A stretch of DNA of 64,000 nucleotides. Origin: Mobula hypostoma. Its lineage: Eukaryota. Location: positions 85,934,001 to 85,998,000 of the forward strand of contig NC_086097.1 in the NCBI RefSeq assembly GCF_963921235.1, written 5' to 3'. Position numbers and translations under genes: made by a program. Positions 39,146-52,100 of the stretch are shown piece after piece. Under the pieces are notes generated by a model that worked only from the letters and a program-made list of their open reading frames with translations, ran no database searches and had not been told where the DNA came from. The number at the start of each line of letters is the position of its first letter. Position 1 is the first letter of the stretch.

Positions 39146-40200
39146 GAAATCAGAATCAGAATATAACATACACTACCCCATTTGGGGTGCAGCAACTGAG
39201 GGATATTGCTAAGAATATCAGGACATATATGCCCAGAAATGATCCTACGGAGCTGTTCCAGGCAATTGGTTACCAGAGAACAATACACAGTCCAGATGAT
39301 GCCAAGGAAAAGAGATTGGTTATAGTGTGCTTGCATCCGAACATACACTCCACTTTGCTAGAAGCACAGCTAGGGGAACAAATGAGGAGTTAAAGAATGT
39401 GATACTCACTGTTGGGTAATAACAGCAGTGACCCAATAGTTGAGGTAATTAAATGTTACCAAAGGAAAGGAGAATACCAGACTACATTTACACCTCGTCT
39501 ATGGATGGTGTTCCAAGGGGTGTACGGATTAAAATTAAATTGAGATCATTTAGAACCAGAAGCTGGTTACGAACATTAATATCTCATAGTACTGACAAGT
39601 CTAGAAAGATGTGGAACTGGGTTCTTAGGAAAATGGTTAGAGCATTGAAGACGGAAGTGCAGGAGTTAGATTTTAAGTTTAGGAATACTTCAGAGGGAGC
39701 TAGAGTGTCTCCACTTCAAGAAAGTAGATGGGCCATTGTGTGGAGAAATGCAAGTCAGGGGAGAAGCCAGCAGAGTTGATTGCAGAAAAGAAGTAACATA
39801 GTGCTGGAGTGCACCTTCACCCAATCAGGAGAACTTGAGGGGCGCAAACATCCCAGTGCAGTGCTCAGATCTGCTATTTCAACTGTGGTAATGTGGGTCA
39901 TTATGCCCAGAACTGTACAGCAAACAGTTCATATAATCTACATCCTAACATACCAGAGATTGGTGTTACAGAAATATCAGAAGGTGATGGAAATTTTGTT
40001 GAAGTGGGGATGCCATGCTTTAAATTTGTTGAATGCTTACTTTTGCATGATGAATAACTTCCAACATTTTTTTTGTTTTAAAGTCGTAAAGTAATATATT
40101 CCCTCAGTTTTTTTGTGATTATAACTTAATATTTTGGTGTTAGTGATTTTCTGCTTTAAACTATGGATGATTGTATGTTTGAAATGTTATGTGAGGTGTG

Positions 40201-40202
<2 letters not shown>

Positions 40203-40253
<51 letters not shown>
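40203..40253. repeat. (TG)n(AG)n microsatellite
   Basis: Directly visible. Confidence 0.9.
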
Positions 40254-41080
40254 ATGAGAATCTTTTTGTTTATTCTTTCAAAAGTTTGTTCAAGTATTTC
40301 ACAGTGGGATCAGTGGGATTTAGCTGTTTATTCTAAGTCTTACAGTTACTTGTGAACGTTTTGAAGGAATAAAAATACAAGCGTGGATATTTGTTTTATA
40401 TTATCTATGTCTTTGGTTTGTGTTTCTTTGTTTTCCATCGAATTGGTTTTAGAGGGAGACCCGGATTTTACCCTGGCCATATAGAATCCAGGTTAAGGGG
40501 ATGGAAATCTATGTTTCTGTATGCCCATATTTCAGAGCGAAATGAGCATTTGGGGAAATCGCTCATTGGTGGACAGTTAAATTGGGAATTTGAAATTGAT
40601 ATTTTGGAAGAGTGGAATATTTGGGAACAATTCTTGAAGTTGTTTTCACTAACAAGACTGTTTTCTTTTTACAGAACATAAAAGATGTTGTTCAACACTT
40701 TTGAGATATTGATTTTGAGTTTGAGTTTATTTGGAAATTAGTTTTGATGCAGTCGTAGTGTAAGTCATGTAAATTACAAATGAAAACACCTATTTATCCA
40801 GCTGCTGCTGTATGGTCAAATTAAAATTACTTAGTCAGTCAGTCCTGACACTGCAGGGTTGAAATGCAGTTGTAAAGGATATTAAAGTTTCTGCCTTCCT
40901 TGCAGATATTCTTCAGTGTACTGGAGAACAGCACAGATGTCAAGATATGATAGTAAATGATCCCAGGGATCATATGTATCGAAACAAAAGGTGGGAGCGG
41001 GGAAGTGGAAAGAGATCAGATAAAACAATTACCCAAACACAAAGACACAAACAAAGGAAAAACTCTATTTTTTTCTTGTA

Positions 41081-41240
41081 AACACAAGGAAATCTGCAGA
41101 TGCTGGAATTTCAAGCAACACACATAAAAAATGCTGGTGAACGCAGCAGGCCAGGCAGCATCTATAGGAAGAGATACAGTTGACGTTTCGGCCAAGACCC
41201 TTCGTCAGGACTAACTGAAAGAAGAGATAGTAAGAGATAG
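41081..41240 (-). mobile_element. Solo PLE terminus (~160 bp) with hammerhead at 41178-41212
   Basis: Reverse complement AGTC-CTGACGA-AGGGTCTTGGCC-GAAA-CGTC-AACT (core intact, one stem I mismatch). Flanked by similar TATTT..TTGTA tracts. Confidence 0.82.
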
Positions 41241-44200
41241 TATTTCTTTTTGTAGGTGGGTTCCTCACGAAAGAAGAACCAACTATGGGATATACATATG
41301 GGAGAGTATAAGAACACAAAGATGAAAATTCACTCAAGATTATCCAGGGGGAATAAGAAGGGTGACAAGTTTTCAAAACAAAATTTTTGCAGACGGACAG
41401 GGCAGTTGCAGATTGTGGAAACTGGAAGACAGAAGAAGCAACGGGTTAAGGTTATGGATTTCAGAGGAGTAAAATAAAAACAGAATTACAATAACTGAAA
41501 GGGAGAGCAGGGTCAGAAATATACAAAAAGCACAAGGGTGTGCTTACTAAAGTCTGAGCGGTCTTACATGAAACTTGTGGTTCCAGATTGGGGGAATGGA
41601 ACCAAATAAACCGCTGATATGCATGACCTATGAGGATACCAGGGAGATGAAAGTGCCCAGGAAGGGCTAAAGCAAAGTGTCAAACTTTAAACGCAAGATT
41701 TCATTTAACTCAAGATGAGGGGAAAATGTATTTTTTTGCAGTGGAATTAACTATGTCTGGGATCATGGTATGTCTTACCCAGAGCCATTGCAGTGGACAA
41801 ACATGTCAGCAGTGATGTCGTTACCTGGCGAGCCCTCAGAGATCAAAAACAACTTTTCTCAATGGATTTGGGTAACGCAGGGCTAACAAAGGATGTATAG
41901 AGATTCTAATTTGTATTGTGCTGGGGTGAATGGTTTGATGGGTATGGGCAAAATCTTAGGTTCCCAAAGAATACAATCGTATAGTTCTTGTGTTAGATTC
42001 TAGACGTGACACTATCATGTATCCCAGAGGGAATAATAGTCAGTTTTTTAGATCCAGTTACTAAGCAGCCCACAGGTATTGTTGGCCTTGGTAAATTTAC
42101 AGTTCTTTGGGATCACACACATGTGAATACTGAGAGGAGTGGTGATTCACATGAGATATTTCTTTTGCGACAGTTACAACCAAGAATTTTCCAAAGGTAG
42201 CTTCGATCATTATTGACTGTACACAGGAGAATGCTGTACAGGGAGGAAAGAGTGAAAAGGTTCACAGTGTGCCCAAGTATTATGAGAATACTTGTGGTTT
42301 CAGTACTGATGAAAATTGTTCATTATCTATTCTGCCTATGAATAATCTGTCTTTCTTGCTAAAATGCACTGGTGGGACAAACATATAGTGACAGTGGCAC
42401 TAGCTATACCAAGGAATGGAAATAATGCCATTTGGAAAGTGACAACGTAGCCACTGGAAATGTAACTTTATGCCTGGCTATTGGAGGACAAACTTTGCCT
42501 CAGCCAGCAGTAGATGTGGTAATGAAGGTGAACTTCAAGATCCAACACACTGATATGGAACATATTTCTGGGACTATGTTGTTACCAATTTGCCACCTTA
42601 CTTGACTGCAAACTGTACATTGAATTATTCAGATTTTTGGAGTAAGTTTTGGAATTGGTCATTCAAATGCATACATGGGTAACAGTAGTATCACATGCTG
42701 CTGCAATACTCATTTTATGTACGTTGATCATTGTAATGCTTAATGTATATCAATTTAGAAGTGGAAGGCTGAAGTTATGCAAAAGTTATAGGATGATGCT
42801 CTTATAAAACAGAAGAAATGATTGTATAAAGAATGTGTGAATTTGGTAAGTAAATGTTATCTGTAACTTTATACGATGTAACTGTGGTACACCTACTGGG
42901 GGTTCATGGCAGTCCTACAGGCAGTCAACAGAATGAGAGGAGGATAATAACTCTAAGATAATATCTTTGGATTAAGAGGAGGGAGATGTTGGTCAGAAAG
43001 AACTACAATCTACAAATCAGTGAACAGAAATGAGGCAAGTGCGGTGGAAGCAGACAGAACCAGAAGTCTTTGTTACTGCTATGTGGTGGCAGGAATGGAG
43101 GTGGCCATTTTGTGAGCCTGTCCTTGCAGCCGTCTTTTTGTGAACAGCTTGGTGAACTGATTCTTGCTGTGGGGTAACAATCAGAGCAGTTGAATGAGGA
43201 CACAATGAGTTTCTGCTAATGATCTGCTAAACGTGAGACCATTCTCAGGTAAGTCTTGAAGAAGGATCTCAAAATGTTGACTGTTTATTCATTTTCACAT
43301 ATGTTGCCTGATCTGCTGAGTTCCTCCAGCATTTTGTCTGTGTTCTCTCAGGTAAGGAGCTGTTTATTACATAAAATGGCAGGTTTGCAGGAACAGCCTG
43401 TGATCTGGGTCCAGCGTTTGGCTGACTTGGTTGGACTGGTTTGGACCTGTCAAAGTTGGACAGAGTAAAAGATATTACCTAGATAACAAAGCTGAAGGGA
43501 GAGCCATAAAGCAAAACTGCTTGTAGCCTTGGGCCACATCCAATGAGAAGCTGACACAGGTCAGTCAGATGACCTTGAGCCAGTGAAATTGGAACATCGT
43601 AGACTGATCTAATGAAGAAAGGAATAAGAATGCAGGATTTTAGGAGTACAAGCAGTGACAACACTCCGGAGGCCAACTGTCATGTATGTGGGTGACTCCT
43701 TGTCGGATATTCGGAGATCACATCAGGACCACAAGGAATGCCTGGCCAGCTTAAACTTTTTTTCCTGGGTAATACCTTTTATCTTCTTTGACTGTTCATG
43801 GAGGATCTGGGAAACCTAGTGGGTGTACATGCAAGTACTCAGTTGCGTAAATTCACGTGCTTGTGAACTGGGCTGATTAAGGTATTGTCGATAAATAAAG
43901 ATTTTCTGTGTGCCTAACTAGTCAATATTATTGAGGGGTGCTCCTTGTAAATGCATCTGTGCAAATATGCATTGCCCATTTAGAATTTACCAAAATGTCA
44001 TTGGCTATTGCACCTGGACTATGCAAGTACACTTGTCAGGGTGCACTATAATTTCTAGGCACCTGTCTTTGCCGAAACAGTTGTCTTTTCCAGGAAAGCT
44101 GTCTTCAGAACCGAGGGCGATTTAAGACACAAAATATGTCTGCTGTACATAACTTCAAATGACAAGATTAATGAGGGGAAACATTATAGCACAGTACTGG

Positions 44201-44399
44201 ATAATAGGCAGCCTTTTAACAGACAGTTATGTTTCAGGCAATCTCTTGTTCCATTCCTTTCTGCTGACAGAAGGTAGTTAAAAATAACTCTTTTCTGCCA
44301 GACCTTCTGTACCTTTGCATTATATCACTTAGCAAAATGAATGGTGGTTGAAAAACACCAGAAAAATAAAAAAATTTCTCAGAAGACACCGGTGAACCA

Positions 44400-46497
44400 C
44401 ATCGCCATGGCTGTAGGAGAGATGGTGGGAAGTGGGGGGGGGGGGTCGAAGGATGACTCCAAACCAGACTGAAACACAGATGGATGAGGCCCCCTCTATT
44501 CAGCATCCTGTTAGGAAATGTGCAGTTGCTGGAGAACAAAATTGAGGATTTAAGGGCAAGGTTGCTGTATTGGAGGGAAATGAGGAATTGTTGTGTTCTA
44601 TGTTTTACTGAGACGTGGCATACTTAGAACGCACCGGACATGGCAATCAGATCTGAAGGCTTCTCGATACACAGGATGGACCGAACTGCTGACTCAGAAA
44701 GGGTAAAAGGTGGAGATGTGCCTTTCTTGATAAACTCTCTGTGGTGCTCTGATATGACAATTTTGTTGTACTCATGTTCTCCCAACCATTCTATTTGCTA
44801 AGAGAGTTCCCCACGTGATCCTGACAGCTTGATCACTTGGCTATTCTTCTCCTCTCTGCACACATGCAGGGGCCAAAGGGCAAGGCCCCAGAGATGAACG
44901 AAGAGTCTATTGCAGGACACAAGGAGCACCTACTGGATTGCTTTGAGTTGATGGACTGGGCTGTGTTCATGGACAAGTCTGTGCATCTGAATGAATACAC
45001 CATGGTAGTCACAGACATTATAAAAACAGTCGTAGACTATTGTATCCATACAAAATCATTCAGAGTCTTCCCCAAACAGAAGCCCAGGATGAACCATGGG
45101 ATCTGCAATCTGTTGAGGGCCAAATCCATGGCATTCAAGTCTGTCGAACAATAAGGTTAGAAGAAGGCCAGGTACCATATCCGGAAAGCCATCTCACAAG
45201 CCATGTAACTATTCTAGACTAAACTTGAATCAATGAAGGCTGCTGAATAGTTATGGCAGGGCTTGAATGCTGACACCTCTTACAAAGTGAAATCAACCAA
45301 TGGGTGACAATAGGTCAGCCTGAGGTACCCTCCTGCCTCAGGCAGGCGTCAATTATACCAATGCCTAAGAAGAACACAGTACCCTGCCTCAATGACTGTC
45401 ATCTAGTAGCACTTACATCCACTCTGATGAAGTGTTTTGAGAAGTTGATGATGAAACAAATCAACTTATGTCTGAGAAGTGACTTAAATCTGCTCCAATT
45501 TGCCTATTGGCACAACAGCAAATGACATTTCATTGGCTTGTCACTCAAACCTGGAACATGTGGACAGCAAAGATCCATACAGCAGGATGCTCTTTATCAC
45601 CACGGCTCAACATTCAATGTTATCATCCCCTCAAAACTAATAAATAAGCTTCAACACCTTGGCCTCAATACCTCCTTGATTTCCTCACTTGCAGACCCTA
45701 GTCACTTTGAATTGACGATAAAATCTCCTCCACAATCTCCAACAGCACAGGTACACCTCAAGGCTGTGTGCTTCGCCCCCTGTTCTACTTGATTTACACT
45801 TATGACTGTGTGGCTAAGCATAGATCCAATACCATATTTAAGTTTGCTGTTGATATCTCTGTTGTGGGTCAAATTAAAGGTGGTGACAAATCAGCATTTA
45901 GGAGGGAGATTGGGAATCTGGCTGAGTGGACCCACAACAAAAATTTCTCACTCAATGTCAGCAAGAGCAAGGAACTGATTATTGAGTTCAGGAGGAGGAA
46001 ACCCAAGGTCCATGAGCCAGTCCTCATCAGGGGATCAGGGATGGAGAATGTCAGCAACTTTAAAGTTCTCGGTGTTATCATTTCAGAGGACCTGTTCTGG
46101 GCCCAGCACATAAATACAATTATGAAGAAAGCACAGCAGCACCTCTACTTCCTCAGAAGTTTGTGAAGATTTAGCATGACATCTAAAACGTTGACAAACT
46201 CCTATAGATGTGTAGTCTATACATTGTGGAGATTACATTGACTGACTGCATCACAGCCTGGAATGGAAACACCAATGCCCTTGAACAGAAAATCCTACAA
46301 AAAGTAGTGGATACAGCCCAGGCTGTCATGAGTAAAGCCCTCCCCATCACTGAGCACATCTACACGGAGCGTTGTCACAGGCAAGCAGCATCCATCGTCA
46401 GGGACCTTTACTGCTTGTGTCATGCTCTCTTCTCACTGCTGCCATCAGGAACATGATACAGCAGCCTCAGGACTCACATCACAGGGTTCAGGAACAA
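44400..46497 (+). mobile_element. Rex1/Babar LINE, decayed EN through RT
   Basis: PPLFSILLGNVQLLENKIEDLRARLLYWREMRNCCVLCFTETW; CLNDCHLVALTSTLMKCFEKL; FKVLGVIISEDL. Confidence 0.88.
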
Positions 46498-47420
46498 GTC
46501 GAGGTTGTCGGGACAATATGTGCACCGCATTTCCCTTGGAAACATTGGATCGTGTAACGGGAGGGAGAGTTTAAAAAATCGAGCTGGGGCAGCCGGGACA
46601 TTCTGACCACAACAGTTCCTTTGGAGACTTTGGAATGTGCAGCAGGAAAGAGTGTTCAAAAGAAGTGACCAGGGTTAGTTGAGACATTCCGCTCATCACA
46701 GTTCACTTGGAGACATTGGATTTTCTGATTAGGCAATAAAAAAAAATATCACTGTTAAGCAGAAAGTCCATTGTTTGAGCAGCCATTATGAGTGGGCCCC
46801 TGTTAGAGTGGGGAATTCAGGCTTTGCTCATAGAGGATTCAGCGAGGACAGGCAGAGGCTGCAGATGGATTTTTTTTGTTGCACAGTTAGAGATGTGGGG
46901 ATGCCATGCAGGATAGTGGAATGCTCCTCTAGCAGGATGGGAGAAGGCAGAGACCTCCAGTGCCTTTGTTGACTACACCAGCAAGAAGTGCATCCAGCTG
47001 CAGACCATGTTAAGGAATTGGAGCTGGGTGAATTCTGGATCATGTGGGAGGCTGAGAAGTTGATTGACAGGCATACAGAGAGGTAGTTACACCCAAGGTG
47101 CAGGACACAGGTAACTGGGTGACCATCAGGAAGGGGAAAGGGGATGGACAGTCAGTGCAGAATATCCCTCAATAACAGGGATACCGCTTTAGAGACTGAT
47201 GGGGAGGGGGATGACCTCACAGAGGAAAGCCACAGCTGTCAGTTAGACTGCATTTATTTCAATGCACATTGATTCATGGGTAAGGGGGTGAAGTCAGAGC
47301 ATGGCTTGGCTCTGAGGATTGAGATGTTATAGATATAACAGAAACGTGGCTTAGAGAAGGGTAGGACTTGCAGGTCAATATTCCAGGTGTGATAGAAGTA
47401 CAAGTAAACAAGAGGGGGTA

Positions 47421-48996
47421 ACGCACACAAAATGCTGGAGGAACTCAGCAGGTCAGGCAGCATCTATGGAAATGAATAAACAGTCGACGTTAACACCGGA
47501 AAGGTAGGGGGAAGATGCCAGAATAAAAAGGTAAGGGGGAGGGGAAGGAGGATAGGTAGAAAGTGATAGGTGAAGCAAGTTGTGTGGGAAGGGTAAGAGG
47601 ATGGAGGAGAAGGAATCTGATAGGAGAGGAGAGTGGACTATGGGAGAAAGTGAAGAAAGAGGGCCACCGGGGGAGGTGAGGAGAAGAGGTAAAAGGCCAG
47701 AGTAGAGAATAGAAAAAGAGACAAGGGGAGGGGAATAAAGAAATTACTGGAAGTTGGAGAAATCGAAGTTAATGCCAGCAGGTTGGAGGCTGCCTGGATA
47801 GAATACAAGGGATTTCTTCTCCTCCCTGAGAGTGGTTAATGTGCTACCGAAGATGAGCGACAACTTACTGGTGGTTCCCAAAGCAAGAAATACAACTAAA
47901 TGCTTTATTAATAACACTTTTTCTGCAAAATATTATGGTAATCGATCACCGCAGATGATGAAGAGGCAAGTGAAGGCGAGGCTTACTCGAGGGTCAAAGT
48001 TGGATTGAGGTCAAGGCATGTTTGAAGCGCATGGTCAGAGGGAGGCTATGAGATGGAGTCAGGGTGTGTGAAGTGGAGAAAAGTCAGAGTGGAAGAGTTT
48101 TGGAACTTGTCCACCTAAACTGAGAGCAAGGTCTGATCAATCTAAGTGCCTGGCCGATTTGAAATGGTCGGATATGGGCCGAAACGTGGCAGCCAGAGCA
48201 TGTCATTGCTACAGGGCCTGGGTCTTGGGCCGAGGAACGACTCAATGTTTGGACAATTTAAACACTCGGCAGGATGGATTGAAAAGGCAGGGAGTCAGGA
48301 CCAGGGGTGAGGGTCGGGTGAGGTGAGGGAACGTTTGCTCTGCGCTTCACTGCACTGAGACTGAGGCTGTGGGCCTGCTCAGGGATTCATGTCTGAGGGC
48401 TCTGTGACACTTTGCTCCGCAGTGTGATAAACAGAGCCTGAGGCTGTAGGCCTACTCTGGATGCTTCGGGCCTCATTTCTATGAACTTACTTTCATTTTG
48501 AATGCTGTTGCTAGGTTTTATTGTTTTTCTCTCTCTGCGCTTTGGGTATTTGTTGGTCTTTTATTTTAATGGGCTTATCTTTTTTTAATTTATTGTGATA
48601 CAACACAGAATAGGCCTTTCCTGCCCTTCAAACCACACCACCCAGCAATCCCCTGATTTAATCCTAGCCTAATCATGGGACAATTTACAATGACCAATTG
48701 ATCTACTAACCGGTGTGCCTTTGGACTGTGGGAGGAAAGTGGAGCACTCAGAGGAAACCCAGAGGTCACAGGGAGAACAGGCAGTGGTGGTTCTTTTGTG
48801 TTTCTTGTTTTGTGGCTGTCAGTAAGGAGTCGCATCTCAAGGTTGTATAATGCACTTTGACAATAAATGTACTTTGAATCATCATGGCAGAAGAGAAGGC
48901 CATGGATTGACATGTCGGAATTGGAATGGGGATAGGAATTAAAATGGTTGGCCACCGGGATCTGCTTTTGGTGGATCGAGTGGAGGTTTCAGAGGA
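47421..48996 (-). mobile_element. PLE 3' fragment inserted in the CR1, itself interrupted
   Basis: TSD AGAGGGGGTA at 47411-47420 and 49000-49009. PLE sequence CCTGAGAGTGG (~47835) resumes as CATCATGGCAG (~48880). Confidence 0.82.
47836..48879 (+). mobile_element. Non-coding LINE-derived element containing a minus-strand V-SINE (~48590-48785)
   Basis: Tail GACAATAAATGTACTTTGAA; internal TTTGGACTGTGGGAGGAAAGTGGAGCACTCAGAGGAAACCC is an inverted V-domain. Confidence 0.6.
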
Positions 48997-49180
48997 ACGA
49001 GAGGGGGTATTGCCTTCTTGATGAGGGAGGGTGTGATAACAGTACTTAGAAATGATATTGTTGGAGATCGTGCATTGAAGCTAAGTGGGTAGAACTTAGG
49101 AACAGTAGGGCAAGTGTCACTATAATGGGATTGTATTATAAAATCCCCTAATAGCTATCAAGAAGATGAGTAGCAGGTGG

Positions 49181-52100
49181 TGTTACGTACCCCGTAACTG
49201 GGTTGCCAAACCAGCAGAAATGGATTACTCAGTTGGAGTCTGGATTACTGGAACTAAGAAAGTTTTATTAAAGAAACAAGCAACACAGTACTCTAATCAA
49301 AAGGATAATAAATGCAACAGTTCAGCAGTGATAAACACACATGTACACAGAATTAAGATAACAGGATCAATCAAGCTCTATCGTTGCCTAGGGGTAAATG
49401 ACCAGTTTCAAAGTGACGCAAAGTTCAGTTCAATTTAGTTCAGTTCAGTTCGCAGTAATCGCTGCCGTGGCGATGGACAGTGGGGGGAAGGAGAGAGAGA
49501 GCAAAACGAAAGAATATTCAAACGGCTTCCACACAGACCTTCGCAGTCAGCTTTCGTGCGAGTCCTTTGTGATGTCATCTGAGGTCACCGACCGTGACCC
49601 CTCCGTTTCCAGATACGATCGTTTCCCTGTGGTGAACCTGGCACCCAGGCAAGGGTGGACACACACCAGGTTCCCGCCGATCGTGCCTTTCCACCCTGTG
49701 CGTCTATGGCCTGGTCCCGCAACCGGCCTTCCAAAACTTCCCACCGACTTGTGAGAGATGCACTGCTTCCAGGGTCTTGTTACCTCGGGTGTCGTGTGTG
49801 TCCTGCCTTAGCGAACCTGTCCCTTTTTATCCCCCTGCTGGGGTATCGCCTGTCCATCACTTCAAACAGTTCAGGGTTCAAAGGGGGAGCCGATCTTGAC
49901 AGCTCTCTCCTTCTGTTACTCTCTCCCGTCCCTTCATTACACATCTCCAAATGCTGCTCCATTGTTTTCCTTATCTCTCTGTCTCCTGAAGACAGGTGGC
50001 AGACCAACTGCTGATCCCACTGGTGCCAGCCCAAGACAGCTAACATCTTTATCTATTGGTATTCTTGTCACACTTCCCCCCTTTAAGGATTTTTACCGGG
50101 GTAAAAACTACAAACATGAATACATTATTTGATACACACAAATACACATCTTTATCAGCTGTTTGGCTTATACAGCGAATTTGAAGTTGTCAGCACCTTG
50201 ACAGACAGTCAGTAATCACATTTTCCGTTCCTTTTATATGTGTTATTAGTAATCCCTTAGACCAGGCTCCAACTTAGCATACTTCATAGTGGCCAAAAAC
50301 ACTGATGAATTGCGATCAATGTAACCTCTCATTGGGTTTCATCCCGGACCACAATAACAAGGGTCGTCCCATTCCGACTTAGTTTTCTCTCGCAAGGGCT
50401 TAGTAGAGGGGGAGGGGTAATAACCGCAGAGTTATTGCAAAACTTACTACAGTACCCCACCATCTCCAAGAGCCTTCTGAGGGCCCTCTTGTCTGTCGGG
50501 GTTGGGATGTCAGAGATAGCCCGCACTTTAGCTTGCAACGCTGCCAGCTGCCCCTGTGTCACCACAATTCCCAGGTAAGTGACCTTCGTGTGGCCGAACT
50601 CATTTTTTTCAGGGTTCACTATCAAGCTGGCTTCAGACAGTCGTATTACATTGCCAATACACACCTTTGTGTTCGTCAGCCCTTTTGTCACTGAATTACT
50701 CATTCTATATGGAATGTTGCTCGCTAGACCACCCAACGTCCCAGTTCTTTGCATCGCCTCGGGAGAATCAAACACACGTGTGCGAGTTGTTTAATTACTT
50801 CTCCTAAAGAGTCGCTTTGTTCAGGGATTAAGGGAGAGACCTTATCAGCAGCGCTGGCCAAAACAATAGCCTTCTCCCATCTGGTCGATACCATACTCAT
50901 CTTTTCAAAATGGTTTTTTTCTCTTATCAGGGGGACCCTAGCTTCATTGATTTCCGCGCTAACACCGACTAGGTTTATTAGCATATCAAAAGCCTGTGAC
51001 CATCTCAGTTCGCGTCGGCCATAATCAATAACATCCTTCCTCCGGTGCAGCTGGGAAACCTCTTTCATGATTCCACCAATTGTTCCCTCCAGTACCGCAA
51101 AATGTCCACCGGGGGGTACCTTGTGGGCCAGGTTAAAAACCTCATCCCCATAACTCTTTTGCACCACCCCCTATTCCTCATCTGCGGGTACGGTACTTGG
51201 TCTCCCTTTCTTCCTTAGCACTTCTTTCTCCACACAATAGCCTACTAGTTCCCTTGTTAAGTCTGTGTCAGAGAGAGCTGTCTCCGCCCAAACCATCAGC
51301 CCCTCATCTCGCTCCCGCGCCTACACAAATTCTTTCCTGGCTAATGCTAAGTCTGTCTCAGCTCCCTCACTACCTCTTGTTTCACTACACTCCTTCTTTT
51401 CACTTTCTACCCCCTTCTCGTACAAGGTTGGCAGAAACGTCTCAGCTAAATTTACTACCGCAATCCCGTGATGAACCTGTGAGCCCATGGGCGGGGCCTC
51501 AATGCTGGCAGGCTGACCTGTCAATCTCACGGCTGGGAACACGATTCCCCCGGCGAGGTCATTACCGAGCAAGACTTCCACGCCTTTCATGGGTAATTTG
51601 GACCTCACCCCGATCGTGACTAGTCCAGAGACCAGGTTGCTTTGTAAGTGTATCTGGTGCAAAGGGACGGCCTCTGTCCCTTCCCCAATACCTTTGACCT
51701 TGACCTCCCCAGTCTGGGTCTCTGAGCTAAACGCTAATACACTCTTCAGTATTAGTGACTGACACGCTCCCGTGTCTCTCCAGATCCGCACTGGAACTGG
51801 TTTTAACCCCTCTTCACTGACACCAATCCGGCCGAGATAAACCTCTCACGCCCTTCCTGAACTTTGGCAGACCTTTCCTCTCCTAGCAGTTCGTTTACCA
51901 GTCAAAATCGCCATTTTTCCTTTTCCCGTCTCCTTCTTTGGGGCAAAGCACCTGGACGCAAAGTGTCCGACTTTCCCGCAATTATACCAGACGACCCCAG
52001 GAGACTTCCTACCAGACTGCTCCCGGTCTACCTTATCCTTCTCACTAGTCCCCGGCTTACTTACTGACTTTTCTGGCGGACTCTCCTCGCCTCCCTGACT

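Larger units (their letters stand above)
39170..43960 (+). mobile_element. Decayed LTR retroelement with gag-like and env-like remnants and a probable 3' LTR from 42987
   Basis: Zinc knuckle CYFNCGNVGHYAQNC at 39872-39916. Cys/sequon segment ENTCGFSTDENCSLSIL at 42284-42334. TM-like WVTVVSHAAAILILCTLIIVML followed by basic residues at 42676-42780. PPT GAGGAGGGAGA then TG at 42987. Boundaries are approximate. Confidence 0.55.
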
